Of a stretch of 64,000 nt of DNA, positions 1 to 13,723 are shown one piece after another. Source of the DNA: Calcarisporiella thermophila CBS 279.70 (Eukaryota; Fungi; Calcarisporiellomycota); contig NW_027192201.1 of the NCBI RefSeq assembly GCF_041956535.1, positions 672,206 to 736,205 of the forward strand. Direction: 5' to 3'. Made by a program: the position numbers and the translations under genes. The stretch's first letter is position 1, and every line of letters starts with the position of its first letter. The notes beneath the pieces were generated by a model. The model saw nothing but the letters and a program-made list of their open reading frames with translations, did no database searches and was not told the origin of the DNA.

Positions 1-1417
1 GTCCTCGGCGTACACACGGGATTCGAAGGCCCACCCCTTGAGGCGGACATCCTCCTGCTTCAGGGCCAGGCGCTGTCCAGCAGCGACGCGGATCATCTGC
101 TCGACCAGGTCGATGCCCGTGATGTACTCGGTGATGGGGTGCTCCACTTGTAACCGGGTGTTCATTTCCAAGAAGTAGAAGTTCCGCTGCGAGTCGACCA
201 GGAACTCGACCGTACCCGCGGACTCGTACCCCACGTGCTTGGCCAAGGCCACGGCTTGCTCTCCCATGGCTCGACGCGTGGCCGCGTCCAAGTGTGTGGA
301 GGGCGCCTCTTCGATCACCTTTTGGTTGCGTCTCTGGATACTGCACTCTCGCTCCGGAAGATACAGCGTGTTGCCGTACTTGTCGGCGAGCACCTGGATC
401 TCGATGTGGCGGGGGTTGTCGATGAACTTCTCGATGAGCAGCCGGTCGTCACCAAAGCTGGACATCGACTCGTTCTTGGCGATCTTGAATCCATCGCGCA
501 CCTCCTGGTCATTCCAGGCAATACGCATACCTTTTCCACCACCACCGGCCGAGGCTTTGATCATCACGGGGTAGCCAATCTCATGGGCTTACGGAGGGTA
601 AACATAACAAAAAGGGGTAGGCGTTTTGGTTAGAGAGGGGATTCGCGTACTGAGAGCAGGCGTAGAGAGCGACTCACCTATCTGTAGAGCATGCTCCTCA
701 TCCCTCACTACACCGTTGAATCCGGGAATTGTGTTCACCTTTGATTCCTTTGCAATGATCTTACTCTGAATCTTGTCACCCATAGCGGCCATGGCGCTCT
801 GGTTTGGCCCAATGAAGGTCACGCCCGCCTCATCAAGGGCCTTGACGAAGGTAGCGTTCTCAGAGAGGAAACCATAGCCTGGATGAACAGCCTGAGCACC
901 AGTGTCCTTAATGGCTTTCAAAATGGCAGGGATATTGAGGTAGCTTTGACTAGTAGGGGGAGGGCCCTAATGAAGTAAATAAAATTAGCATCATCCCATG
1001 AGTATCCAGTGCGACGAACACGCACCACTGGGAAAGCCTCGTCGGCCATTTGGACATGCAAACTGTTCGCATCGGCATCGGAGTGGATGGCTACTGTTCT
1101 GATGCCCATTTTCCGGCAGGTACGAATTACGCGTACGGCAATTTCACCGCGGTTAGCAATGAGGATCTTATCGAATGCCTGTGGCCAGTATATGAGGAAT
1201 TAAAAGATCTCGTTAGAAACCATGTGGATACCAGGAGTCATCTCTACAAGCTACCAACCTTCCCATCCTGAACCACCGGAGGAACCTCATCAATTTTGGC
1301 ATAGGCAACCCGAGGTGATGAATGGAAGTGGCGCGCGAATAATGGGGAGCGGCGCGCAGCAATACGCGAACCTGCGCCTACTCCAGTTCTTAGGGATAAG
1401 AGGAGTGACGTTGCCAT
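1..1417 (-). CDS. PCCA: Propionyl-CoA carboxylase alpha subunit (biotin carboxylase), mitochondrial; runs off window start; multi-exon
   Basis: ATG 1417 with an Arg-rich presequence. [71 protein letters not shown] introns. Confidence 0.92.
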
Positions 1418-1670
1418 GGTGTGCAGTAGTGAGAAAGAGTGGGAGAAAAGGAAATGCGGGGCAAACAAATAACAAGAAGTACTTCCACGGCAATATTCAA
1501 GGAGGAGGGGGGGGAATCTTTCGGACTTTTTTTCCACTCTTGTCCCCACCGCTCGTGGGAAAGTTGCACTTGAAAAAATTATTGTGATAACTAAAGAAAA
1601 TCCTCCATAGTATTTCTTCCCCACACCCAGTTTTTTTGTTTTAGGCGTCTCTTTTGTGCAGATTCTGAAA
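1418..1670. promoter_or_regulatory. Putative bidirectional promoter between PCCA and PCCB
   Basis: 253 bp between divergent start codons of two subunits of one enzyme. Confidence 0.7.
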
Positions 1671-3675
1671 ATGCTACGAGCAGCACTCAGGGCTTCTTCA
1701 CTCGCGGTCCGAAGACATCATCTCCCGATTATCGCACCCACATCCACTATAATTCGTCACGCGTCGGGTGCATCGAAGGAGAATGTAAATACATCCATGC
1801 CAATTGTTCCTGCCTCCTAGAAAACTGAACCGTGTTTTTTTTTTATCCTACCAGGCCGCCATCAGAAGGATCGAGGAGAAGCGTGCAGAAGCAAAGCTTG
1901 GTGGAGGCGAGAAGAGAATCGAAGCCCAGCACAAACGAGTAAGTATCGTCTTTTTCTTCTCTATTCGTCTCGGCTGTTATTGTAACATCAGATATTGACG
2001 TGCCATGGCTTCCATTGTATAATAAAACAGGGCAAACTGACAGCTCGAGAACGCATCGAGTTATTACTTGATCCCAATTCCTTCCGCGAATATGATGCAT
2101 TCGTCGAGCATCAATGCGTTGACTTTGGAATGGATAAAAATAAAGTAATGTGCTTTTTTCGGATGGGTTCCAGTGTCATTTTCTCAAGTATTATTTTTTC
2201 ATTGAAACAGATTACTGGCGATGGTGTTGTCACGGGCCATGGTACAATTAACGGACGCAGAGTGTTTGTCTTTTCGCAAGATTTCACAGCCTTCGGAGGA
2301 TCTCTGTCCAAAATGCATGCACAAAAGATCTGCAAGGTCATGGACAAGGCAATGTTGGTCGGCGCTCCCATTATTGGCCTGAATGACTCTGGCGGTGCAC
2401 GCATTCAAGAGGGCGTGGACTCGCTTGCGGGCTATGCCGATATCTTCCAGCGAAACGTTTTAGCGTCTGGAGTTATTCCCCAAATCTCCCTCATCATGGG
2501 TCCCTGTGCGGGTGGCGCGGTGTATTCGCCAGCTTTGACGGATTACACGTTCATGGTCCGGGATACCTCGTACCTCTTTGTGACGGGACCTGAGGTTGTC
2601 AAGGCAGTGACGAACGAGGACGTGACCCAGGAGGAACTTGGCGGCGCCAAGGCGCACACGACGAAGTCCGGAGTGGCACATGCCGCCTTTGAGAACGACG
2701 TGGAAGCGCTGCAGCGGCTGAGGGATTTCGTAGACTTTTTGCCCCTGTCCAACCGTGAGCAAGCTCCAGTGCGATACACGGATGACTCGCCGGTGCGCGA
2801 GGACCAAAGTTTGAACTGGATAGTTCCGGCGGACTCGTCCAAAGCGTACAACATCAAGGATGTTATCACTCGGGTATGCACTGCTTCCACTTCTTTGGCA
2901 TCACGCCACGATGCAAATCAATTCACAGTGCTAATGGCTCTGCTACCTAGGTTGTCGACGACGGCGATTTCTTCGAAATCATGCCCGATTACGCGCGCAA
3001 CATCGTGGTTGGTCTGGCGCGTATGAACGGCCGCACCGTCTCCGTTATCGCCAACCAGCCCCTGGTGTCATCCGGTGTACTCGATATCAACTCCTCGACC
3101 AAAGCGGCCCGATTCGTACGCTTCTGCGACGCATTCAACATCCCCCTCATTACATTTGTCGATGTCCCTGGTTTCCTTCCCGGAACAGCCCAAGAGCACA
3201 ACGGTATCATTCGACATGGTGCCAAACTGCTGTATGCCTATGCTGAGGCCACCGTCCCCAAGATTACCATTATCACGCGTAAGGCCTATGGTGGAGCCTA
3301 CGATGTGATGGCAAGTAAACATCTGCGCGGCGATATTGTAAGTATATCTATGATTCACTGCCTGGGCTGACGTGGTTAACACGGTAATCCCCCCACCCCC
3401 TGCTACAGAACCTCTCCTGGCCGACCGGAGAAATCGCCGTGATGGGAGCCAAGGGTGCGGTGCAGATTATCTTCAAGCACGAGAAGGATCAGGCGAAGAT
3501 GGTGGAGATGTACGAGGAGAAGTTTGCCAACCCCCTTCCGGCCGCTCAGCGCGGATTCCTTGACGATATCATTCAGCCCGCACAAACACGCCGCCGCATC
3601 ATCGAGGAGCTCGAGCTGCTCAAGGACAAGAAACAAGAGAACCCTTGGAAGAAACACGGCAATATTCCTCTTTAA
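1671..3675 (+). CDS. PCCB: Propionyl-CoA carboxylase beta subunit (carboxyltransferase), multi-exon
   Basis: [58 protein letters not shown]-terminus WKKHGNIPL. Confidence 0.95.
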
Positions 3676-4033
3676 TCCCCCATGTTCATTAAATTTCTTT
3701 CTTTCTTTCTTTCCCACTTCTTCTGTGACGTTTATCTATATATATATGTTAGAAAATTGACGGTTTCTCTCTAGAGCGGATTAATACGATGGATATTAAA
3801 CCCATATGAATAGTTATTTATAAATTCCAAAGACACAACACGATTAGCGTAACAAACAAGCAGAGGAAAAAAAAATGATATTCGTTATAAAAAATTAATA
3901 ATGCTAGTATAATAGGTGATATAGAGCAAAGAAACAACATTAGAATAAAAATAGTTAAAACTAGCCATAACAGTGGAAGACCTAACCCGTGAGTCGAGAA
4001 AAAAAAAATTGCCTAAAAAAAAGGAAGAGGCAT

Positions 4034-5132
4034 CTAAAGGTCCTTAAGCTTCTTTGCTTTTGCCGCATTCTTCTTGTAGGTTTGGATGTAGAAGTTGATG
4101 AACAACACCAAGTAGCTCGTCAGCAAGTAGCAGCCAAAGAGAGCCGCACCCACCGTGCCGGAGCAGAAGCCCATGTTGGGAAGGAAGGGGAAGTGCGCGT
4201 GCGCAAAGTAGGTGTAGGAGCAGAAGTAGATCACGAACAGGTCGATCACGAACTGGGTGATTTGCATGGTGGTGAGGTAACGCTTCCACCAGATGCGATG
4301 GCCCATCGACGCGCGCATGTAGTAGTAGTACATGAGAACATGGACCAGGAGATTAAGGGTGATGGGCACCCACGACTAAGGGGCATCTTCGTTAGCGACG
4401 GGCGATCCAACTTAATATGCCAATAAAAGGATGCTTACCACGGAAGTGCGGCCAACCAATTGGGTATAACACAAGACAGCAGTCATGCTGTGATGGTAGT
4501 AGTGCAGGAAATCTAAAGGGGAATAGCAAGGGTCAACACCAAAGGCCCGCCTAGAACACATGGGCTAGCTGGGGCTCCTACCTAGCTTTTTCTTCTTTAA
4601 TACAAGGAAGAGTGTATCGATCAGCTCGTAGTATTTGTACAAATAGTTGATGTAGTAGAGGAGTTCAAGACGCTGGGTGAAGGCGGACTGATTGCACACG
4701 GCATACAAGAAACCCTGGCGGTAGACGATAGGGAAGAGCTGCTCGAAGAACAGCAGCAGCAGGCCTAGCGAGCCCACGGACAGAATGAAGTTGTGGGCCT
4801 GGAAGAGGCCGCGCAACTGGAATGGCTCACGATTGCGCATAAGATACTGGCCGCCAAAGATGATGACGAGGTAGAGAATGCAGGCAGTGAACACCTCCGT
4901 ATTTGTGGAGAGGGGGGTCTCGCCCTAGGGTATTTGGTTATGTTAATGCATTGCGAGAAAGGCATGGTGAGGGAGAGGAGGCGATGGGGATCGCCATACT
5001 AACCTGAATGAATGCAAATTCATCGGCCGATTTCCCCATCACCGAGTGGTAGGCCTGGGCAAAGTAATTGTCTAGGCTTACACCAAAGGGCTGCTCAGGG
5101 GTAAGGGTTGCATTCAAAACTTGGATGCTCAT
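4034..5132 (-). CDS. GNS1/SUR4 (ELO) very-long-chain fatty acid elongase, 4 exons
   Basis: [24 protein letters not shown] histidine box, [21 protein letters not shown]-terminal lysine-rich ER motif. Confidence 0.93.
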
Positions 5133-5599
5133 TGTGCTCACAAAATGCAATTGGGATGGTATCTATGGCGTCTAATGGAATGCAGGCGAGGATGAAATGA
5201 TAAACAAGCGGAATCAGAATAAAAAACTTCGGAGAAAAAAAAAAGAAGGGGAGTTCTTTCAGCTGAAAGGAGACAATGCCAATGAATAAGAAAGGAAAAA
5301 TAAAAAAAAAAAGAGGATAAAAATAATAATGAAAAAAAAAAGGCCGAAGCACGAAAAATATCAATAACAAAGCCCGCACCTGATTGGCCCAGGGGGAGAG
5401 GACCGAGGGCTTGTTAGAGTTTGACAAAGGAAGCGACGGCGATTCACTCGCAGTTGTCAAACCGATAGGCCGTGGCAGCGGCGACTATCGGGCGAAGCCT
5501 GGAAACTTTATTTGGCTTACACAGATGAATCAGGGTGGGACATTAGGCCTTTGGCGCACGCGTGCGCAAGGCGGGAAATCGTTTGGGGAAAGGCAAGCT

Positions 5600-6891
5600 T
5601 TATTTATTCACGCTGATGGACTCCAAGAACTGCTGCGGCGTCGTCACGCACCGCAGCGCCGCCCGGTTGCGCGACAGCATCTGCTGGAAGATGATCTCGG
5701 ACTGTTCCGTCTACAAGCAACGAGAACGGGTTAGCCTGCGGTTCGCCCCATCATGTGGCAGCAGGGCGCGCTTACCGTCTCATCGAAATACTGCAGCTTC
5801 GTCCACGGCTCGTTTTCCGCGAACCGGCTTGCGCGTGTATACGGCGACTTCTGGGTCGTCTGCTCGGGGTTGGCCGACTTGACCGAGACCTAATATGCAG
5901 CAATGCCGCGAAGTCGGTTAGGATTGGCGAGCTCACCGCGAGCGCTAGGCGGCGGTACTCACCGAGATGGACTTTGCCTTCGACGTAGACGGCTGCGGCT
6001 GCTCCTCGTCCTTCGACTCTTCGTCGGTGATGCGCTTTGTCGCCGCCTTGTACTTCTCGTCTATTTTATCCAAATAGTTCAGGTTAGGCCGCAATTGCAC
6101 GGAGCCGTGGATGGGCGTCAAGTGCAGCTCGTCTACATTCAAAAGATGGGCAGTTAGCTGGATGCGCCAGCGAATTCAAGCAGAATGGAGTGAGCACAGA
6201 GAGCAGCGGCAGTACCTTCCCGCAAAACCCCAACCATATACCGAGCAGCCGCGGGGACCAATTGGGATGATAATGTCTGTTTCTCCAACAATTCCTTCTT
6301 GTCTTCCTCCGTCTCCATCCTATCGTAGGCTGTCCTCACCACTCTGTCGCTGGTTCCTAGCGACAGCTCCTCGCCTCTCTCTTTATCATACAACGGTGAC
6401 TCTGTGTGCAGGGGGAGATCGAGTTCAATTAAACGCGCTTTTGGCTTTAGTCGCGCGGCAATAGGACCAGTCTCGGGCGTGAATCCGAGATTGCGCACGG
6501 GATATTGGAAAAGATGTAGATAGGATGCAAGTTGATGGGTTAGGTATATGGGGATTTCACGCACGATTTGGTCGGAGTCTTCGTTTTCTTCGGAAATGAC
6601 CGCTTCGACTTCGGCAGGGATGAAATCGATGTGGGGCACTTCCTCTTCCTTCACCTCTTTTTTGAACAGATCGGGATTGGCGGCCATTTTTTTGGCTCGA
6701 GCCTCTGCGGCCGCTTTGTGGGCAAGCTCGATGTTTCGCGCAATGGGATCGATCGGCTCGGGGTCAACCTCCATTGGCTCGGCAGCTGCCGATTTGACGG
6801 CATCTTTTGTGTTTGCAGCGCTGGGAGTCGGGGCGGGCGGATTTCTTTTACCTCGAGGCCCTGCCGTTTTTCTTGTTGTCCGGGTCGACAT
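5600..6891 (-). CDS. RPC5: RNA polymerase III subunit RPC5/Rpc37 (Sin-like N domain)
   Basis: IVREIPIYL...LHLFQYPVR...ARLKPK...YMVGV...ELHLTPIHGSVQLRPNLNYLD. Spliced to stop at 5600. Confidence 0.85.
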
Positions 6892-7154
6892 GGTAGTGTG
6901 TGTATGGGTAGAGTGCCTGTTTGGTTAAGAGTAAAGATTCTTGACTGTCTTTTTTTTTATGACAGCAAACTAGGCGCAGCTTGAAGATTCACATGTCCCT
7001 ACTGTGCAATTTCACTAGTATTAACAGTGTTCCTTGGACCCTTCGTTTCTTCTCGATTGGATCGCCTCTATCCACCCTCCATCCATAAAGTTACCTATCC
7101 CCTCTAACTGAATCGTTCGTGCTCGCTTTCTATTCTCTAAATAAGTTGAGGAAT

Positions 7155-8400
7155 ATGAGCACCGACAAAAACCCAAAGAACACCTCAGTCACCATCGATG
7201 AAGTCGATGATGATGAATTGGACGAGCTCCTTAATGGTAAACCATTTTTTAGATCAGTCTTTTGAGCAGAAGGAATGGTGCGTTTCAGCATCACCTTCCG
7301 ATTACATTTCGTGGATCATGGCCAATAGCTATTTTGGAATTTTAATATTTACCATTGCCCCCTTATCGATACAGAAACATTAAGCAACTTCAATGCTCCA
7401 CCCAAGCCCACACCAAATGCCGCGCCCTCTGCACAAACTTCCGCCGCTTCTTCTGAAAAGAAGACGCCCGCAGATCAAGGATCAGAAGAGGATGACGACT
7501 TATTAAATGACGCCTTTGCAAAACAGCTCGCTAAGGGAATGGAGGAATTAATGCAGCAAATTGGAGACGCGCCAGGAGGTTTTGACGCGTTGCTGAAGTC
7601 GTTCGAGGAATTAGAGGCGCCCTCATCGGCATCGGGCGCGAATTCAATGGGCGCCGTCCCGAGTGGAGAGGGTGGAAAGACCTTTAAGGACAAAATTGAA
7701 CAGACAATGAATAAGCTGAAGGATAGCTCAGAGCAAATTGGGGTAATTCGAGCATAGCTCTTGGACAGTGTTAACCACAACCACAATTAACGCATTCTGT
7801 AACTCTGTGTAATAGTCAAATATCTCAGAACAGGAAACCGATTCTCTAATGGCTGAAATGATGAAGCAGATGGAGAGCATGGCGGACACGGGCGAGTTCA
7901 ACGATATGCTTGAGGGCATGATGAAGCAATTGATGTCGAAGGATGTGCTATACGAGCCGCTTAAAGAGCTTTCTGAAAAGGTACCATTGGATATTTGAAT
8001 TGTTCTCTCCACTCTCTATCTAATGGGAATCTCTCCCGCCTATCCTCCCAGTATCCCCAATACCTAGAAGAAAATAAGGCCTCTATCCCGCAAGAGGACT
8101 ATGCGCGCTACGAAAAGCAATACCAGGTCGTACAGCAGATCGTGAGTAAATACGAAAGTGCCAGTTTTAAGGAAGACGACGAGGCTCAAGCAGAGGAAAT
8201 TGCTGAACTGATGCAAAAGGTAAATTATCCTCTTTAGGGGCTCATAGAACCTTGGACACTGATCCTTGGTCCCATTGTAGATGCAAGATTTTGGCCAGCC
8301 GCCAAGTAAGATTCTGGAGGATTTGACTCCAGAGGGGATGGAGCTCGATGAGAACGGGATTCCAAAGAACCCGGATGGCGAGCCCTGTTCTATCATGTAA
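7155..8400 (+). CDS. PEX19: Peroxin PEX19 (peroxisomal membrane protein chaperone), 5 exons
   Basis: N-terminal DDELDELL, MMKQLMSKDVLYEPLKEL, MQDFGQPP, C-terminal CaaX CSIM*. Confidence 0.93.
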
Positions 8401-8607
8401 TAATAATTTTATCTAATAATACTATTTTTTTTCTCCCTCTCAGCTAGAAGAGTGTTTGAAATTTCCCCCTTTTCTTTCTTTTTTTTTTGTTTTTATTAAT
8501 TTGAAATAATTCAAAGATACAAAATGGAAAAAAAAAAAGACTCTTAAAAATCAATTAAGTAAAAAGACAAAAATATATTGAAGAGAAAGCGTAGGCATTA
8601 TCCAGAA

Positions 8608-9223
8608 TCATTGATACCCGCCTGGGGGATGTTGCAAAGCTGCATTTTTTTTAAAAGGGGCCACGGTTAACAAGAGTCAAGACAAACGGAAAAAAAAATC
8701 ATGAACTCACATTGATAATATAGCGCTGGATCTTGTTGTTGATAAACACCCTCGTCTCCCTTCTCCTCTTTCCCTGGCGCAGCGCCCTGCGCACCCGCCG
8801 CAACAGTACCTGTCTGCCGCTCGATTCTGGTCGCCTCTCGGTATTTCGCTAAATAGATCTTAAGTGCTTCCGCGTAGTTTTCGAATCCAAGACTTTGCAT
8901 GGCCCAGAGGATGTCCTCTCCGTTAATAGTCTTGCGCTTCTCTTGCATGCATCGATCACTTGCCTCACTTGTAATAAACGCAATAAATTCGGAGACACAT
9001 TCTTGTACGCACTCTTTGGCTTCTTTGGAGATTTTCGCATTATCCGGTAGAGAACGCTTCATTATTCGAGAAACACTGTTTAGATATGAAAAAAAAGGCA
9101 TTGGGAAATTAATGGGGACAAAAAATCAATCTAATCCGAAGCGCCTTACTTTGCGATCGGGAGGAAACGATCTTGTTCCTTGATAATGTCTGATTCCTCG
9201 CCAGAGTAGGTGCCCTCAGACAT
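8608..9223 (-). CDS. HAP3: CCAAT-binding factor subunit B (NF-YB/Hap3/HapC)
   Basis: [10 protein letters not shown]|NVSRIMK...[30 protein letters not shown]...[11 protein letters not shown] histone fold. Confidence 0.95.
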
Positions 9224-9707
9224 CGTAGGTTAAGAAGAGGATAAAGAGCTATGGGGGACATTATAAAACAGTTAGCTAATTGAATACGAAAAGATGGGAA
9301 TTGGGATGGAGGGGAAGAATGGTTTAAAAAATTGCATTAACATGAATGACTTTGTAATAAAAGATCAAAAAAATAAAATGGGGGTTGTCAATCAATCATG
9401 AATTCATAAGGATAGAAAGGGTTTTTTGACATGGGCTTATATGAAAGGAAAAGGAAACCAACCAACCGTTTGGGAGCGTATATTTTTTTTTTTTGCAACT
9501 TTCTCACTTCTGGCCTCTCGTATCAAAGAAGGGGAAAGCGAGTTGTATGAAAGTGTAGCCTCAAAATATTATAAGCGGCCAGTAGTAGACAAGAGCCTGA
9601 AAACAGGGCAAAAGCAAAAAAGATCAAAGAACGAAAGAGAACGGAGAAAAGATGGGCGAATTAGATCATCTCAAAAAAATTTAGGAAAGGCTAAGCCACG
9701 GTTTGAT

Positions 9708-11521
9708 TCACTGCTTTTTTCCAAAGTACGACAATAAGCTCTTCTGCCCCGGCTTGGTGCCCTTCTTTCTTCCCTCGCTGCCCTCGTGTTTTGCCGGCTG
9801 GGACTTCGCCGTGGAGGAGGGGGGTTTTGTGGGGGGAGCAGACGACTCATCTTCCGAGAAGGATTCCCACTCCATAGCTGTTTCGGTCACTAAAATATTA
9901 AATCGGAGGGTTTAGAACGCCGCCACATGTCACCCATCCAGATAGCACCTAAACTCACCCAGCCGACCTCGCTCATCCTTATACGTCTTTTTCTTCATAA
10001 CCTGCCGCCTTCCACGTCCCTTCTTCGGCTGCGGAGCGTCGGCCTCTTTCATCTCCTCTTTCACTTCCTCTTTCTCTATTTCCATACTATCCTCCGCCTC
10101 TAATGGCTCATCCTGGTCCTTCTCTCCATGCTCTTCTTCTTTCTCCTCCTCCTTCTCCTCCTCCGATTCCAAGTTTGCCTGAGCTTGTCTAAATGAGGCG
10201 GTCATCCGTCGGTCAAGCTCTTCTTCGGATTCATTCTCTTCATCTTCATCTTCATCTATACATACACACATAAGCATCCTAGGAACTTCAATGGCGTCCA
10301 ATGAACAGGCTTACCTGAGTCTTGAATCATCTTCTTGCGTTTCCGCCGTGATTTGGACTGAAAATTAATGTGAATCGTTAGTATTTATTTAATAATGAAT
10401 GCAGTAGCCCGTGGTTTTTACCTGAATCTGTTGCTCATCCTCGCTCATTTCATCTGCTTTTGTCAATTCTACTTTCTTTTCCTCTTTCTTCTCCTTGGGC
10501 TTTTGTTTGCTATTTCAGAATGTAAAATAGATTGAGTCTATAAACGGGTATTACCAACTCGTCAATGGCACTCGATAAAATACCTATTGGCAGCCCCCTT
10601 TCCGAAAAAGTCCTGCTTTTTGGATCTACCCTTTGGCTTTTGCTGTGGTTTATCGCCCGACGGTTTTGTTTGCTCCGCCTACATCCAGTATTGCAGGCAA
10701 GGGGTGGTGAGCATTTTGCTCTACTATACAATCGCACACTTTCATTTATTTACCTTTTCTTCATCTGCTTTCTTAGATTCTTGCGCCAAATCGGAAGTCG
10801 ATGTTGTAGTTGGCTTCAATTTATTCTCTTCTTTTTTAACTGGGGCTGGGGTTGGTTCGGTGCGCCCTGATTTCTTCTTCAGCGTATCTTCCACGATTGC
10901 TCCATAGCTAACAATCAATAAAACATAGTAAACTCCCTGGAATGATATTCAAGAACAAGAACTCTTATAAAACCTTTGAATAGGCTTGCTTGTTATATTT
11001 ACAGCCTCGAGATTGGTGGCCACTATTAGGGTGGTATCAGATAGACGGGTGGGTTCAACTGAATATACATGCTCTCCTGTGATTTCTTTGAATTCTTTTC
11101 TAACATCTGTTCCCATTGAAATAGGTGAGTAAAATTAATAGACATCCATGCTTCGCTTAGATATACCCTCCAGCTCTTCCTCAGCTACAACGTAGACTGA
11201 ATGCGAGTTCGCTCCCTTAAGCCAGCCGCAAACACAATAAAGCGCGTGAACCTTATTATTCTGCTTGTACTCCGAGAGAAGTCTATCATAAAATCAGTAA
11301 GTCCAAATGCATTCACCCCTTTCATGAGCACAAGGACTTCTTACTCTTTCGCAGCCCTGACATCAATATCAAAATGTCTACTCAACCAACGGTAGGTTAC
11401 CTAGCCATAATAATCTGTCATTCTTCCCGTATATTCCCCAAAAAATAGAGAATGGATTTACGGTTTTCTTTTCTTGCTCCACCAAAACACTTAGCTCATC
11501 CAGGTGATTAGACTTGACCAT
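9708..11521 (-). CDS. POLD3: DNA polymerase delta subunit 3 (Cdc27/Pol32/POLD3), many small exons
   Basis: N-terminal KTVTYRWLSRHFDIDVRAAKE, HVYSVEP, KKKTYKDERGRLVTETAMEWESFSEDE, C-terminal PIP box QKSLLSYF. Confidence 0.88.
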
Positions 11522-11703
11522 TCCCACTCGCAATTTCACACTTTACTCACTTTGTACACGCTAATAAAAAAAAGAGAAAACGCGAAATTAGAGCGAATGT
11601 GGCTTAGTACGAGACAGTCATGAAATCACGAAGCGTAAACGAAGCGTCAGCAATTTTCTAGAGTCTTTGAGCTTCGATCTTCAGAAATCAAACTAATAAG
11701 CTA

Positions 11704-12804
11704 ATGGCCCAACAAGGCAGACAAGCAGTGAACAGGCTAAAGGGAATGTTCCCTAAAGGCAGCGGTAAGGGCCTGATCACCGGGACAGGCGCCCTCATTG
11801 GCCTTGGAGTTCTCGGATTTGGCATCAACGCAAGTCTTTTCAATGGTAATTATAAACTTAGGAGCTTGATTAAGACACGGCACCTAACAATATCGGTATT
11901 CCATAACAGTTGATGGTGGTCATCGCGGTATTAAATACTCCCGCATTTTTGGTGTCCAACCTACTATCTATGGCGAAGGTACCCATTTCATGATCCCCTG
12001 GCTGGAGACCCCGATTATCTATGATGTGCGTGCCAAACCCCGCAACATCGCATCACTGACCGGAACCAAGGACTTGCAAATGGTCAATATCCAATGCCGT
12101 GTACTATCGCGTCCCAGTGTCAGCCAACTTCCCACGATTTACCGGAATTTGGGCCAGGATTATGATGAGAGAGTGCTTCCATCGATTGTGAATGAAGTGT
12201 TGAAATCGGTGGTCGCTCAGTTCAATGCCAGTCAGCTGATTACCCAGCGTGAGCGTGTAAGCATGTTTGCTCATTATTAATGGGTGCTTGGCGAGATTTT
12301 AATTAATCGCATGTTGATTCTCCTAGGTCTCTCGTCTTGTGCGTGACAACTTGACCCGCCGCGCTCTCCGATTTAACCTCGTCCTTGACGACGTCTCCAT
12401 TACTCATGTTACCTTCTCTCCTGAATTCGCCCACGCTGTTGAAGCCAAACAGATTGCTCAGCAAGAGGCCCAACGTGCCGCCTTCGTGGTTGATCGCGCC
12501 AAGCAAGAGAAGCAGTCCACGATCATCAAGGCTGAGGGTGAAGCCCGCTCTGCCGAGTTGATTGGTGAGGCTATTAAGAGCAAGCCAGGTTTCTTGGAAT
12601 TGCGTCGTATCGAGACTGCACGAGAGATTGCAAATATTCTGTCGCACTCACCAAACCGAGTCCTCTTGGATTCTGACACCCTTTTGCTGAATGTGAACGA
12701 CTCGAGGTAAAGATGCAAAATAGGGAACCAACCTGCTCCTCTTTAGCTAATCTATTTTTAATTTCTCCTACTGTAGCAAAAGAGATGAGGGCAAGAAGAA
12801 GTGA
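11704..12804 (+). CDS. PHB2: Prohibitin-2
   Basis: [61 protein letters not shown]. Confidence 0.95.
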
Positions 12805-13036
12805 TAAGCTGAATGCTACTCAAAAATAAAATTTTTCTTTACTGCTTATTATATATTATATTTTGGAGTCACTTTTGAGAGGAGCTGAATAAAATATTGT
12901 TTAGAGAATTGAATGGCCAAGGTTCATTTCTACCCCATTAGAACGTGCAACATTTTCTAGCAGATTATTTTTTTATTTTATTAACGTAGGAAAAAAGAAA
13001 AAACATCGGAAAAATGCAACAGTGTCTTGTAATTCT

Positions 13037-13525
13037 TTACGCTCTCGAGGGGGGAGACACCTAAAACAATCCCAGGATTTAAACTCCATTTCCATGCATA
13101 ATCTGCTATATAAGAAGCTTACGAGAATTACGGAATCACCACGCACAAACAACATCTCGGACGTACGTTTCTCTGTCTAAATGAGAAATCGAGAAAATAA
13201 AATTAGATGCAAGCCAAAAGAATAAAATAGTTTAAAACCTACTCGCACAATTTCTTCCATAGTTTCCTCATTGATCTCAGCAATGGTGATGGTTTCCTCG
13301 ACATCACCTAGTACCATATTCAAATGCCCATCGAATGCCTAGAGGGAGAAGAAATAACTAATCTGTTTGGCCATCTATACTTGAAAAGGCTCAAAATTTT
13401 ACGTGGAGTTTTCCTTTAAGTTCCCGATCGCCTCGCAGCTTAACAAAGATCCGTTCGTCCAGTGACAAGCGCACAAGATCTAGCGGTTCTTCAACACCTC
13501 CACTTTCAACTTGAGGTTGAGCCAT
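13037..13525 (-). CDS. LSM3: U6 snRNA-associated Sm-like protein LSm3, 4 coding exons plus a likely 5'UTR intron (~13557-13614)
   Basis: [47 protein letters not shown]...[15 protein letters not shown]. Confidence 0.95.
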
Positions 13526-13723
13526 AGCAATTAGTTATTTTGATGAAGTAAAATTTCTAAAGAGTAGCCAGATTACAACTAAAAAGACAGTCACTTGCAA
13601 AAAAATCGGCTTACCTGAGAAAAAAATCATCTGCAGGATAATGTATAGGAGAAATAAAATGGTATGAATCCAGATGTTATCAGAAAAAAAACGGGCAGCA
13701 GATAATAACAATAACTCATAAGT

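Noticed and set aside
235-7000. Numerous antisense/alternate-frame ORFs in the ORF track
   Set aside because: Shadows of GC-rich coding exons on the opposite strand
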